This document shows positions 27,316 to 42,043 of a stretch of 64,000 bases of DNA, piece by piece. Source of the DNA: Kudoa neothunni (taxonomy: Eukaryota; Animalia; Cnidaria). Under the pieces are notes generated by a model. It was not told the origin of the DNA, searched no databases, and saw only the letters and a list, made by a program, of their open reading frames with translations. The stretch lies in contig OZ199838.1 in the NCBI GenBank assembly GCA_964304625.1, positions 12,205,553-12,269,552 of the forward strand, given 5' to 3'. The translations under genes and the position numbers were made by a program. Numbering within the stretch: position 1 is the stretch's first letter; each line of letters begins with the position of its first letter.

Positions 27316-29218
27316 TCATTCGTCTATTTGGTCTTTCGAATTAAACACGAATTATCCATTTACGGTGGTTTTATTGGCGTTAAAGTTTGATTTTCTTTCT
27401 GACAGATAAATCTATCGGATGAAGTTTTTATTTGATATGATTAAATCAATTTCATATAACTTGATATAGTTGTTAAAAAATTATTTTTGAAATAAACTGC
27501 ATTTTCTAATGAAACAACATATAATTCTACAACGTATCGAAAAATACGAAGAGCAGTAAAAAATCATTTTTGATCGACATTTTTAATCGTCGGTTTTGCA
27601 AATAACGAATCATATTCTTCCATCAAAGCTTAAAAACAAAGAAGCTCTCCTTTAACCAGTATAGAATAATTTTGTCGCGCGAATTAACCAACGGAGCCGA
27701 AAGTCTACAAAAATAAAAATAAGGCGTTATCTTGGTCTTGTAACGGAATTGAATCGGATTGGGTTTTTCCATATTAAACAATGTTTTAGACCTTTCTTTT
27801 ATCCCTTCACTTTTATTAATACAAGAAATATTTTACTTAGAACTATATTAACCCTTAATAGATGAGCTTGTGCTCCACGAGCCCACCTAAGTAGTAATTT
27901 GAACATTATCCATCAAGGAATAAAATTTCTCAACACTAATTTTTATATTTTATCTATATAATTCAATATATTGAATATTTATGTACTTATCATTTATAAT
28001 TAATAAAAAAATAAGCTTTCATCTAAACAAATTCCTTTTAAATAGTAGAAGTATTTAAACCATTGATGCTACGTGATGATTAAATATTCTCGAAAACATT
28101 TGATACACATGTTACATTTGAATTTATTGAATTTACAAAGAGGCATGTTACATCATTTTTTTCCGTTATTTACGAATATTTTTTAATTATAAAGTCAGGA
28201 AATATATGTAATTTGTAACCTTTTATCGTTAATATTTTTGGATCCAAAAAATTATATTCCCAATTAAAATTAATAATCATTACTAAAAATACGAGACTCA
28301 CATTTAAAATATCAATTACAATATGAAAAACTAGTGCTAATGACTAAAACTAAAGAATGATAAGTCGATATAGAAAAAGCTTAACGGTTTAATAATATTA
28401 TTAGTTAGAAAGCAATATTAAAAATTTAAAAGTCCTATTAAAATGGGTGTTAAATAATTATATTAAAGCACATAATTTCAATTATCATAAAATGTTTATA
28501 ATATATAACCCTGTAAATAAATATTATAAAAATGTTAAAATTATTAACATTTAATTCGATTAAACATTTTTAATATTTACATGGATAATCAGATATTTGT
28601 TTAAAAAATATGGGCTACAGCAAAAAAATATTAAACAATATATTTTTTGATTAATTTAATCACAAAATAAATAAATTATTTTTGAAAATGTCTTATAGCG
28701 ATAAAATGGAAAAGTTTGGCAAATAAATTTATCTCTAATCCGTTAAAAATAATAAACTATACTAAGGGCTGAGTTACAAATGAGATATTTGACATAAAAA
28801 GGGTTATGAAAAAGAATTCGGTAAATACTAGAAAATAAAAATAAAATATATTTTTAGAGGGTGAAACTCTTCAGGATAAATAAAAAATTATCTCTGAAGG
28901 ACTAACTGAAACAAGTAGAAATATCACACAGAATTTTAATAGCCAGAAAGCGTATCATTACGATTAAGTTCAAGTTCAATTGGAATGTTTGAACTTTTAT
29001 GCCTCAAATGCATTTATAATTAATTAACCGTGGATTGAAACTTTAATTTACTGAAAGTGTTTGATAATGTTAGATGAAAGAAAATAACATGTAATCTCCT
29101 AATCCTCGCGTAAACATATTTCACAGTAAATAAACTCTATGGCTGAGTATCGAACGAGGTAGTGCGATTTAGACCCACGTGCATACTTTTTTGAATATCA
29201 ACCAAAATTACAATCAAT

Positions 29219-30914
29219 ATGGCATATTTGTGCCAGAAGAACCCCTATCTTAAAAGTCTTATCACAGAAGTGATTTCGTGCGTGCCTATCGCGGATGAAA
29301 ATAAATCTGTTTCCGATGTCAGTTATATGGTTGAGTTGAAAGAATCGTTGTTTTTTCCAGAAGGAGGGGGCCAGGTGCACTATAATATTTGAAGCCAGTA
29401 GTAAAGTTGATTTTTAGCCTGCCGATTTTGGAAAAGTCTGACTTACAGTCATCGTCTACTTATTAATCTGTGTATCTGATAGATCGGAGCAGCAAAAGTG
29501 CTATGGGTGACACGACAACCTGGCAAAATACTTCATCGAGTAGATATTTGCTTAGATGTTGGAGTTGAAGTGGAATGCACATTGGATTGGCCAAGACGTT
29601 ACGACCATATGCAACAGCATTCAGGTTTTTGTCAAACTACTTTTTTTTCACTTTAATCAGGTAATTTTCATGATTATAGGTCAACACTTGTTATCAGCTG
29701 TTTTGAATAGTCACAATATTCCAACGGTGTCATGGTAAGTAGGCACTATTTGAGGTGTATGTAACTATTGATGTATAAGGGAATTGGGGACTTTTACTTG
29801 CAACATTGACATCCAAGTCGACAAAAACAAAATGAATGCGCAGTTTTTGGATCAAATAGAAAAACAAGTCAATGAAAAAATACGCCAAGGGTTGCCTGTT
29901 ATTGCTCATGAATATAGTGTTAATGAATTGGACACCTTAGTTGAGCAGGTTGATTGGTCGTCAATGAGTTTGCCTCAAAATTGACACCGAAATTAATATA
30001 GGGAAGACTAAAGGTGAAACCCCCTACTTTGAATGGTTGTACATCTTATTCATTCATTGAAATAAAGGGTAAATACACTTTGAACTAATTTTACTGACAA
30101 ATAATAATAATAATTTATTTATTTATTGCAACTTATAGATACCGACTTCAATATGTGTTGTGGCACCCATGTGAGATCGTTGGCTGATTTACAAGCAATC
30201 AAATTGTTGTTTACCGAGGCAACGAAAGGAAACACAAGATTGCATTTTATTTGTGGTCAGAGAGTGTTAGATAGGTTCTCCACATTATTTCAATATGAAA
30301 AAGACATGATTAAAATATTAAAGTATTTGTTCTGGAAACAGAAATAACCCAATTTTATTTTAACAACATAAACAGATGTCAACCTAAAGAACACTTGCAT
30401 AAAGTTGATGATTATCTTAAGACCATAAAATCGTTGGAAAAATCCAAAGCCACACATTTAAAAGAAATCGCCAAAACCGATGCTATGACTATTGGTAGTA
30501 ATAGCAACAATAATTTTGTTTTTGTTCACAAGTATGAGCTTTGAGTGAAATTTTGAAGCAGTCTAATCTGAATTGATTGAATAAAGGGAAGATTACGATA
30601 GCACATATTTGAACTCATTCATGAAAGAATTGAATGAAAATCCCGCGATTGGCTGTAATAAGATTGTGATGGTGGTGTGTGGCCCAACCAAAGGGACAGG
30701 TGTATTCGGAGTGAAAGCTCCTGAGACATTTTTTAACGAACACGAGAAAATGTAATTAATCTTGAATTTTAATAGCTAATTAATAAAAATATAAAGGATT
30801 TTAACCGCCCTGGAAGCAAAAGGAAAATCACGTAATGGCATCCTTCAAGGGAAAGCTGAAAACCTTAAATCTATTACTTCATTAGTAGCTCAACTTGAGA
30901 AACTAACCGTTTAA
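29219..30914 (+). CDS. AARSD1: alanyl-tRNA editing protein (AlaX)
   Basis: MAYLCQKNPY, LFFPEGGGQ|PAD, DWPRRYDHMQQHSGQHL, NMCCGTHV, RLHFICGQRV. All introns are GT-AG and in frame to TAA at 30912-30914. Confidence 0.92.
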
Positions 30915-30966
30915 AATAATTTTAACAAAGTGTTCAACAAAAATAGTATAACATTTTAAAATTCTA

Positions 30967-33900
30967 TTAGAGGATTGTTTGTTGCGTAGTGACAATATCG
31001 GCGTTGCTGCTTGAGGTATCATCTCGTATTGGTGGTGTTGTTTGTGGCGGTGAATGTATTTGAGGTGGATTATTGTTATATCTGAATCAAGTTTATTGTC
31101 AAAAATGTTATAATCAACAATAAATTATTGAAGGGAAGATGTTTTAAAGGAAAATTAATTACTTGTCAAATGTTTCGTTGTCTTTTGTTAGCGCCACAAC
31201 TGGAGAGTTGTTTTCAACCTCTATGGATGAGAATGAAGTGTTGAATTTAGTGTTTTCGGTGTTTTTTTCAACCATGATGGGGGTGCTAGAGATAGCATTG
31301 CTAGTGGGTGCGTTTTCTGTCTGTTTGATGGAAATTGATTTGTTGTGCAATGGCGATGGCAAATTTGAGCTATTAGCATATTGTGATCCTGGACCTAAAA
31401 TCCAAATTATACGATGAAATAATAATGCCGATCATATGAAATGTATCCGTAGCTTAAATTTACGCTAACAGGTGCAAGACAAGTACATCGATAAACTGAG
31501 TCGACGCATTTTGCTTTAATTTTATTTTTTTAAAATTTTAATGGTTTACACTGCAAATGTCTACTTTTCTTTCTCTATAAACGAGGTTTTGTGAATATTC
31601 ATATATAGGATCAAATCGTTTGAAACCAATGGTTCATTCTACTGATTTAATATTTCGGAGACGACAAAGAATCTCTTGTACTTTACGGAATATTTTTTGA
31701 ATTACTGGTTTGAGAATATTTTTATTCTCAATTTGAACCTATTTATATCGGCTTAGGTTTTATTTATAGTAAGATGGAATTTTTGGTCATATTGGCGCAT
31801 TTGTAGGGAAAAACATTTTTAATTCCAATAACTACGATACACGATGCGTAGATAATTTGTATGGTTCATTTTTTTGAGACACTCCATATTTAAACTATTA
31901 TGGCATGAATATAGTCGTTAAGAATGAATTCATCGTCTTATTTATTTCAAATGCACGGGTATAATTAACGAATCGCTCGAGCACAAATAAAGGGTTTTTA
32001 TAAAAAAAATTAAGATATTTAGTCAATTATGAATTATCAAAAATTAATATATTTTAATTTTTTTAACTCACAAATATCATCAATTTAAATATAAAAAGAT
32101 TTAAGAAATTAATTTTCAATTATTTTTGATCATAAAAATAGATAAAAATCATCTAAAACAATAAATTTGATAAATGTTTTATATTATGCACATTTAAAAG
32201 ATTAAGTTTGTTCACTTTGAAATTTTTAAATTATAACTCAAATGAGGTCGTAAAATTCGAAACATGAGCGCAACAACAAAATATAGAATATTTCTATTTT
32301 AGATTTTTGAGACGGTTTCTCGAAATAAGCTGTTATTCCGTCTAAATTCTCCCGTGTTTTAATTAGTAATTTTTCGTTAATAAGATAATGGATGGATCAT
32401 TACAGGCATTAGATGTATTGTAGCTAATCGTTTTTACTGAATTTATTTAATGTTTTTCCTTATGTATTCGTAGTTTAAAAAGTAAAAACTATTTCTGAAA
32501 TTATGATAGATTATTCTCATACAATTAAGATTGAAAATTACAACAATTAAAATACTCTATAGGAATATTTTATATAAAAAATACGCTATTTCGCAATTAC
32601 GTAGCTCTCTGGTACCACCTTAAGTATTTACTCCTTTAATTTAACGAATTGCATCACTTTAGACTCTATAACTCAATTGAAAATAAATTTTGATTTATTA
32701 CCAAATTATTTAATAGTTTTATTAAAAAACTACTCAAGTTGTTACTTATCGCCATCATAATCTCCCTCTACTACTGCTTTGCAGATTATTTCTACTTTTT
32801 ATAGCACATAAAACAAGGTGGACATATTGATTTCTTCCTTATAAGCAAGTCCGAATTTATCCAAACGAATAAATCAAAAAGAAATATCAAGTAGTGAATT
32901 TGTTACTATACTTATGGCTGATTCGATTAATTAATTAATTGCCAAGAAATCCGATTTTTTAGACAATAAAGAAAATATTTGAGAAAAAAATTATATAAGG
33001 AGATCGCATTGGAACAAAATTTATAACTTACAGGTGTTTTCATTGTTTAGGTCGTGCTTTAATTTATGAATGGTCATTTTTCATGATGAGTATTTTACGA
33101 ACTTGCGATTGTTGTCAAAAGTGACAAATTAACTTTAGTGATATTTCCGATGGAGATTAAGTTGATTTTTTCAACATTTAAATAAAAATATACTGTTCTA
33201 TCGTTAAAAGGTGGTCAGTTAATTCTTATAAACAATCTGCATAAATTTTTTAAAGTTAAGTTTGTTTCGCACCTTAAATCCAATTAAAACCAAGAAGAGA
33301 GATCTACTAAATGGCTTTCAGCTTATTATATTGATCCATATACGTAGATCACGTAAAAGATTTTTTCATTAGACATTGTAAGACTCCATAACACTTTAAA
33401 AAATCGAAAATTTACCTTCTTGATGATATGAGTAAAATAATTAGCATGAGGAACGATTGAAATATTTAAGAAGCATCTTATTTATAAATAATTATTTAAA
33501 AATAATTTGTTAGTTGTTCCATAGAAATGTATTTCAACGTGTAATTAAATTATACAGCATAAATGTATTATTCAAAAAGTTCAACATTATTTCATTGGAT
33601 CAAACACATAAAACTGTAAAAATGAAGTCAGAAAACTAAGTAATAAGGTTTTCTCTAATAACGCCTTATGTTTGTTACTCAACAAAATTCATGACCATCA
33701 CTGGCTGGAATGTTTGGAAAATTCAACACGAATTGAGAAAAATAGTTAATATATTAAAAATAACATATAAAAATTTAATCGTCCAAAAATAATAATTACT
33801 CTACTCAATATAATAATTTTGAGTTAATTTGTAGCATCCTTCAATACAAATATTATTCATGCGCACGTAGTTAACCAATTTTTCTCTGAAACCAAATGGA

Positions 33901-36615
33901 TTACAGGAACACGATAAACTATTGTATTTGACTATCACATTTATTCAAATAACATCACGCGAAAAAATTGATTATTATTTTATATGTCTCGTGCTTTTAG
34001 CATAATCTGATTGTTGTTTTAAATGCCAGAAATTTTTAGCTATTATCGCGGCGGGGAATTTTAATGCCCAAATCACACACACACGCACGTGCATTAATTA
34101 GTTTAATCCTAACAACTTTACTCTCAAACTGTACACAAACTTTTTTAGAATATGCGATAATTATTTCTGAACGGTAGATTCGCCCTTAAGGATCAGAGAT
34201 AATTATACTCGAAACTAACGACATCTTAATATTAATTGTGGTGCTAATAGCCATTATCTTGTTAGATCCCAAACAAGCCTATCCTGATTTTAAATTTTTT
34301 TATATAATAAAAATTAATCGTTTAAATTTAAATAATTTTTATCGAATTCTGTCATTTAAAATAAATTATTTTTTTGAATTTATCTGAATCCGCCTGATAA
34401 TAAAACATACCGAAATATAATGGTGGTTTTAATAGTCTTATTTGATCAATGTTGTTCCAATGATGATCTTCATCGTCGAAAAATATCCAAAAACGTCTGA
34501 AGTTGGCTTGGCCTTCAATTTTTTCAACAGTTCCGGGGAGAAAACTATCGATACCGGGCCATCTTGCTATCACCCTGCTACCGACTATTACTTCAGAGGA
34601 ATCAGGTTCAGCGTCAAAGATAATGGCATCTTCGACATCTTTTGCAAACGCGGCAGTGTTTCCATTGTCATTTTTTACATAGATTTTATCTGACAATGCT
34701 ACAATATGACCATGGTAGTATTCTCCATTGTATCCTTTGCTAAGAACACGCGAGCCAATTCTCAAATAACCTGAAGTTCTTCGATCGTTTATAGCAGATG
34801 TGTTAGTTTTTCTAGATTTAAGTGGAATAATTAGGCTGGTTAGTTAAATATCATGTCACCTTCTAAATGACTTTTTACGTATTGAGTTTCTAGCAATTTT
34901 CATTGACTCGTATAAAGTTCGTCCTCTTTGAAAAACATTTTAATGTTCTGTTAGTCAATTCGTAAAAATTACTGATATATGTGAGAGGTTTGCCCAGTGA
35001 GGAAAAATCCAGACTTTTTCTCCTTTTTAACACATTTCAACAGTCTGTAATAAATTCATAACGCTCAAAATGGAAAAAGTTAACACAAACCTGAAAAAAG
35101 AATGATTTTCAATACACAACTTCCAAATATCTTTAGAAATAAATGAGTTGTCGGTCACAAGGATGATTTTTCTTTTTTTCTTATTGTTCTAGATGTCAGA
35201 ATTATTCAAATATAATCGTGGTATCGAAAATACTCTATTCTGCACTTTGAATTTAATTACTTTCCTTTTAAATGCTATTAGTAATAATTGCTCCCTTTAT
35301 ATATTTATTTAATTAATTTATGTATTTTTAATTAGTAAATACCAAAAATAATTTTCTAAATCTATGTTATTTCGAGATATTATTAATCCTTTAGATCCAA
35401 TGCACAATTCATGTTGAAGTCCAAGTATATTCTAAAAAATTGATATTATGAGAAATAAAATTTAAATTAATTAGAGTGATTAATTAATTAATTAAATATA
35501 AATATAATTAGGTATGCGAACGTACAGTAACGGAAAATTTATGTAATCCAAAACCATGGATATTTTTTACAATTCTCAGATAGTTCATTTCACATTCTCC
35601 AGGTGTCATCGAGCTAAAGAGAAATTATTAATCTGGGAAAAACTAGCAAAAAACTACATCAATGCTCTATGTTTATCGGAAACCTGTTTTTCAAATTCTT
35701 CAGTCTAAAAATAACCCAATTAGTTACTCACATCAAACGTCACATCATTAAATAACTTGTTTGGGTATAAATTTAAAGTTTTTCACATAGTTTGACACAT
35801 TCTGCAGATCTTCATAATCTCCAAGCTCACCTAATTCACAAAATATCTCCAGTGTAACTCGCACAAATAGTTTATAATTAACTTTGAAGCGATAAAGCCG
35901 CCAATTCGACGCTTATATGATGTGGGGGTGATAGTTTTCGTTCTCGAATATCTTTTCGAGCTTGTAGATAGAAGTGATACCTACATTCAACATTAATACA
36001 AATATCAATCATCTGAAATCAACCTGGTCAGTTCTTCAATCAATTCATCGGGATCATGTGGGAAAAATTTCACTTTAAAATGAAAATTAAAGTTTTCTAT
36101 TAGCGAACACCATTAGCTCATTTAAACAATGAAATAGAAAAAAGAATCACTTTTAACTTGTGATCTTATAGTTTTTGTCATATCTAACCAAAACTAAATA
36201 CACACATGTATAACTATCAAAGAAATAATCACATGCCGACCTACCATCTGGTTTCCGAATTCATACTGTAAACTGAAGTAGTCTCTTTCCACCAGATCCA
36301 ATGTGCGGACCACCTGATTCATTAGATCTTCTCCTGTGCAATCTTTCTATTAAATATTACTCCACGTTAGCTGTAATCAAATGAGAAATCAATACACACA
36401 ACATTTACCCCCATTTTAAAAATCTGTTCACTATTGTCGAGAAATACCACTTTACACTCCAGCTTTCTTCTATCATAATTTATCCAATTCGAAGTGGTTG
36501 ATTTCTCATGAACAGCGGTTCTATTTTTTTGTGTTTTATTGTTGGAGGTAGAAAGTGAAGGATGTGTTTTTGGGTTGGTTCTCCCATTCAGGAAGGTGCT
36601 TATTCTATTAAACAT
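30967..36615 (-). CDS. band 4.1-family FERM protein with FERM-adjacent region, tandem Tudor-like domains and S/T/P-rich tail
   Basis: CKVVFLDNS, LDLVERDYFSLQY, FWLD, FKVKFFPHDP..EELTR, IWKLCIENHSFFR; then GSRVLSK..YYHGHI and VGSRVIARW..FLPGTV..IFFDDED. A phase-compatible 3016-nt intron (31395-34410) links to two terminal exons. Confidence 0.8.
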
Positions 36616-37162
36616 TACTACCTATTATGTGACTTTTATTTTTCGAATAACAATGTGAAAAATCAAACAATTCTATTCCCAATAGTTTTACACAAATCGA
36701 GTTAAATAGCTATAGAAACGCCGTGACTCACTCTCAACCGTTCAAACAACTGTTCTCTACTATCAAACTATTATGTCGGTGTAATAATATTCATAGTGTC
36801 GCTTTTTATAGTTGAATTATTGTATTGCCAAGGTGTATTGATCCTGTTTGTTCTTAAATCCCACGCTAAAATGGTTCCCGTGGTAACTATTTAATAAATA
36901 CGCTGGGTAAAAATAAATCACCCCGCCATTAGATAACTCTAGAATTTGCTTTAGGAAAATGTGAATTACACAAAAGAACCCGAAAGCAAATGATAACTCA
37001 ATCGAAGATATCCCAACAGTTTGGTTAAAGTGGCCGACTTTGATAATTAACGATAATAACTGTCAAATACTATTAATATTCATTTCTATAGTTATCAAAC
37101 CATACTCTCGACTAATAGAAATAACAATTGAATCATTAATATTTTATGATAATAAACTCAAT

Positions 37163-37185
37163 TATATATATATATATATATATAT
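37163..37185. repeat. (TA)n microsatellite
   Basis: Direct reading; another (TA)n at ~47773-47796 and a (CAGT)n at ~55993-56012. Confidence 0.9.
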
Positions 37186-37250
37186 ACATATCACTAATAT
37201 ATGCATATATAGTAGTGAATAAATACACAAATAAAACACTATCTATAAAT

Positions 37251-38827
37251 CTACAGCGTAGAGGATGTTTTTAGTAATTTCTTGGCAAAAAATGGATTAT
37301 TCATGTACACATGGATATTCTTCTTGAGATCGTGTGAAAGTAATTTTCGTAAAACTGCTAAAGACTTGGTCAGCTTAAGAATATATCTAAAACGAAAATC
37401 GAAGTTGTAAGCAAACAAATCATATATTAAGCGCAAAATACTTTTCGTTAGTAGCAGGTAAATCCTGCATCGAGCAATTCAATATTTTTTCTACTTCAAC
37501 CAGCCGATCATAATCATGAGGGGATATCAAGGTGATGCTGGTACCGGCTCTACCTGCTCTGCTGGTACGTCCCACGCGATGGATATAATTGTCTGTAGCT
37601 AATGGCAACGAGCTAAAACCAAAATATAATGAATTCTGAGCGTGTTTTACAATAAAACAAATAGACAGTTGGTTACTCATTGATAACTAAAGTAACATAA
37701 GGAAGATCCAATCCACGACTGGCCAGATCGGTACAAACCAATATCTGAGTGAGACAACTTTTGAATCTGCTGTAGGAGTTATTTCGTTTGGCCTGTGGCA
37801 TGGCGGAATGAAGAGTCGATACACGGAACGAAAGTTTAGATAAAAGTTCGTATAGAATTTGACAATTCCAACAACTGGAAGTAAAAATAATAGCTTGCTT
37901 TGTGATTTTTTCTTTTGGTGTTTGAGGTATGCGAGTGGATTGTTTGTATACTTTGGTGACGTTCAACTTCATTTCAGGTATGTTTAAAAAAAGCTGCAAC
38001 AAATGCACCAAATGAGCATCTTTAGCAATTGGTGGTACTATGCGATAGTACTGCTTCAATGTGTCCACTGTTGACACGCTAAGTAATGATCAATAAGATG
38101 GGCGGAAAATTGAGAGTGTAACACATACGACGTAGGTTCTTTCCAAAAAAAGGCATTTAAATTGTCCTGTGTATTGATAAAATTTTTCAGTGTCTCCGAG
38201 AGAGTTGCACTTAAAGCTACTATCTGAAACTGATTCTTTGGAGGTAAATGTTGGATAATTTCCGCAATACTATCCAGCATTTCACCCTCTTCCAACAACA
38301 TATCAGCCTCATCCAGTACAAGCATCTTTATGTTTCTAAGAGTGTAGGCATGCTGAGGATCTCTTAATAAGATCTTTAGACGACCTGGAGTGGAAACAAC
38401 TATGTGCGGTTTGTCAGCCAATTGTACACCATTATCCACTTCACTTATACCTCCACTACAGGTTAACACTTTCACTCGAATACCGCTCCCTAGGGTTGTG
38501 AATTGTTCGGCTATCTGTGCAACTAATTCTCTAATAAAAAGTATTATTATGTGCCCATGGTTAATAATACTCATATTAAAACTACCTAGTTGGTGCCAAT
38601 ACCACTCCAAACACACCAAACATGTCCCTTGATAATATGCTCAACATTGGAATCACATAACATGCTGTTTTTCCGGTTCCTGTTCGTGATATCACTATTC
38701 CGTTTTTTCCATCCATTATATTGGGCATACATTCACGTTGTACTTGAGTTGGATTGTGCATTCCAACCGCCAACATGTGATTTTCAATAACTTTCGATAT
38801 TTTAAAAATTTTCCAACCATCACTCAT
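37251..38827 (-). CDS. DDX49: DEAD-box RNA helicase DDX49/Dbp8
   Basis: PTQVQRECMP, TGTGKT, DMFGVFGVVLAPTRELVAQIAEQF, TPGR, DEAD, SAT, SRGLD, HRVGRTSRAGR; 5 exons, 4 GT-AG introns. Confidence 0.88.
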
Positions 38828-40138
38828 CTCACCGAATCTTGATTGAGTATGTTACGAATACTGCTTCACGCCTAAACGAGGCTATTGTTTTTTTGTTGCG
38901 CTTGCGTGAGAACATTACGCCCTCTTTTAATCAAAATTCTATTCATTTTCAAATAAAATATGAGGCTAAGATAGTAAATAGAATAAATTTTATATCCTAC
39001 ACTCTTTTATTGTTCCTTGATAAATATTTAAAATAAATACAATTTCTGGTGATCGAATATTCGACGAAGGGTTTCAAGAAGATTTTATGTAAAATGAGAC
39101 TGAATATTCCCCAAATTAAATTTATATCCGCGAGAGAATTTTACTAAATTTTTGATGTTTAATAGAAAGTAAAAAATATTTTAGTATATTTTGAAATGGA
39201 ACTTGCAGAAAATATGATGGTGGTATTTCAAAAATATTAAAAATATTAAAGAAATTGAAGTTTACACCAGGGGTGCACAAAATCCGGTACTCAATGAGAT
39301 TTTTTGTGGTCCTCGATGAACTCTAATTAAGTTCAGATCAATGATACATTTTTAAATGAAATGAAGAAATCACTCGATTATTTAATTTCAGTTGGTTCAT
39401 CTAGGTATTGAATATATCGAGAACACCTAATGAAACGATCAAAAAAATTTATTAAAGTTTTTATCATACACGAACCATTAAGAACGAAACATCAAAAACT
39501 CTTTAAATAGTCAAAGGCTTATTGCTATTAGCCACTTCACGATGTGATATAGAAAATAGGTTTTTTTGATCAAAGTTCGTGTACCATTTTTAATTATTTC
39601 TTCTTGAGTGTGTATGTAGGAGAAGAAAATCATACAGACGCTGGGCGGATTTATGATTTAAAAATTCGTTTGACAACGCTAACTCGAAGTTTAAATTCAG
39701 TAAAAATAAGGTTAATAATTAAAATACGTTTTATAAACGATGCGAATTAATAAAGTATTTATATTATGTGTAAAAATCAAAGATTTTGAAAAGTTTCTAT
39801 ACGAAAAATAAATAAAACATGAAATAAACTTTGACACAAAGGATAAACATCCGTTAGAGCTGATAATGAGCACATATTAATGGGTAATTTAAACTGCATT
39901 TCACATCTACGCTCGCAGCTATTTTTTTTACCCAAGATACATCTCGTATTCAATTCAGCTTTTTTTATTTCCAAGCTAAAACGACTGAAATTCGAAAAAA
40001 ATTGATGATGAGAATAAAATATATAATGAAGGCTGGGTAGAAAAATATTTTCATTCAATCGAGGACGAATATTATTTGTTTTCTATGTCAACCGGTATTC
40101 AATTTAAAACATTTGGTAAACTAATCCTTTATCTACTA

Positions 40139-41216
40139 TCTACTATACATTTAAAGCTGAAGTGTTCGGGTGTGTGTGTCAGCAAGTATGCATGAGTCAA
40201 AATTTTTTCCTTATTGAGAGACATATGTAATTTTTTTAAATTAAAATGTGTAAAAAAATCTTTAAATCGTTTTCACGTTCCCAAATATCACAAAAAGTGT
40301 TTCGAAAATAATGATTTAGTCGATTCAAAGTTTGTTTATCGGGTTACTTAAGTTCAACAATAGGAATAACGCCGGCTTTTGTCATGGTGAAGGTCGGTTG
40401 AAGTTAAAAATCCCTTTATATGTTCTATCAAATGTTGATTAACTACTACTATCTGACTTTGTATATAAATTTAATGTGTGAATTTAGGTGTTCGTGCAAA
40501 TACACTCCTTATTTGCGGAGTTTTAACATACTTGACTTGATAAACACATTTTGAAGGTTCTATTAATGGATTTAGATTTGACAAAAAATCTATATATGTT
40601 TAATGAATAAAGAATTGATAACGAATTCTATAATCAGATAAGTTGAAGCTTTATAATACCTACACCATGTCCGTAGATTTCATTGAAATCGCTCGCTATG
40701 TTTAACTTTCAGTGATTAAATTCAATGCAGATAGTTGTAATCTTACTCCCTCTAATTATATAAATTATTTATGTTGATATTGAAGCGATTTTTAGCTGTT
40801 TGTTTGGGAAAAGTGCAGTTATGTTTATGCTGGGCAACGCGATGCTAATTTTAGCAATATCAATTAATTTTCGTACGGGTTCTTTTATCTCTATTACTTT
40901 TTCTATTTTTTTATCTCTTAAAAAGTTAGTGATGCACACAGATACTGGGCCGGGCCAGAATTCGACTTTTCAAATCCTCCGGGGAACAAATCACGTTTAA
41001 GGTAACATTTTGGCGGGATTTAAATAATTGAGGAATTCACAAAAATTATCATAATTTAAATTACGCCAGTCCGAATCGTTGAAAGTATGTCACTTAACAT
41101 TTTTTAGTTATTTTGCATCTGTGGGTTAATTTGAAACTTCAATATATTTCTTGAATATTATTAAGAAGCTTATTTATGCGAAATCTTTCCCAAACAACGC
41201 TGGGAGTTCCTTCTAG
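40139..41216 (+). mobile_element. non-autonomous Helitron-like element
   Basis: A|TCTACTATACATTTAAAGCTGAAG..(TG)n 5' end; 3' hairpin cccaaacaacgctggg followed by CTAG|T. Confidence 0.55.
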
Positions 41217-42043
41217 TTATTTGTGAATTATTTTGAATCTTGCGTTTTAAAATTCGTAAATTAATTCAAAATGTGAGCTATAACTTTAGTTTTAAACTTT
41301 CTGGACCTGGGCGATTCTGAAGAATAAAATTTGGCCGAGTATCCTAAAGTTAATGCACCATTGGTTTACACATAATCAAAATGTCGGTTCACGGGCGACG
41401 TCAATATTGATTTGAATGATAATTTATAGCAGCACTTTCCTATTCATTTTAGTTCCCCCATCCCTCACCACATATGGGGGTAACTCCGAATCCCCTGTCA
41501 AAAAAAATATTTAAACAAGGATTTATTTTTAGGCGGAAAAAATATTTCTACTAAAATTGCATGGCAAGAAAACGAATGTAAATAAAATATATACATCTGG
41601 CAATTAATAAAATGTTTTAACTTTTTGGGATAATAATTAGGTTAACACGGGGCTCTTTATTAACCAACGATATGTATTAATTATAATTTGTATAAAAACG
41701 AATATATATATAATATTTTAGTGCAAACTATTAATGTGAAAATCGCGCACGCGCGGAATGTTTTTGTAGAGTTTTGTTTTAATTATAAATTTTAAAATTA
41801 AATGAGAAAAATGAAGAGGTGATTCATTTTAAAATATACCGTTTTAATTAATATAATTTATTGGATGCTAATCGATTCTAATTTTAAGTATAAAAATCTA
41901 AAATAATTCAACAACCAAATAATAAATTTAATTTTGACACTAATTTTTTGTTTGTTTATGAAGTAAAACCCTTGGCGCAACTTATTAGGCTATGGAATTC
42001 TGGTTGGTCAGACCTCTTTCATTAACGCTTTAGGCACCACAGA

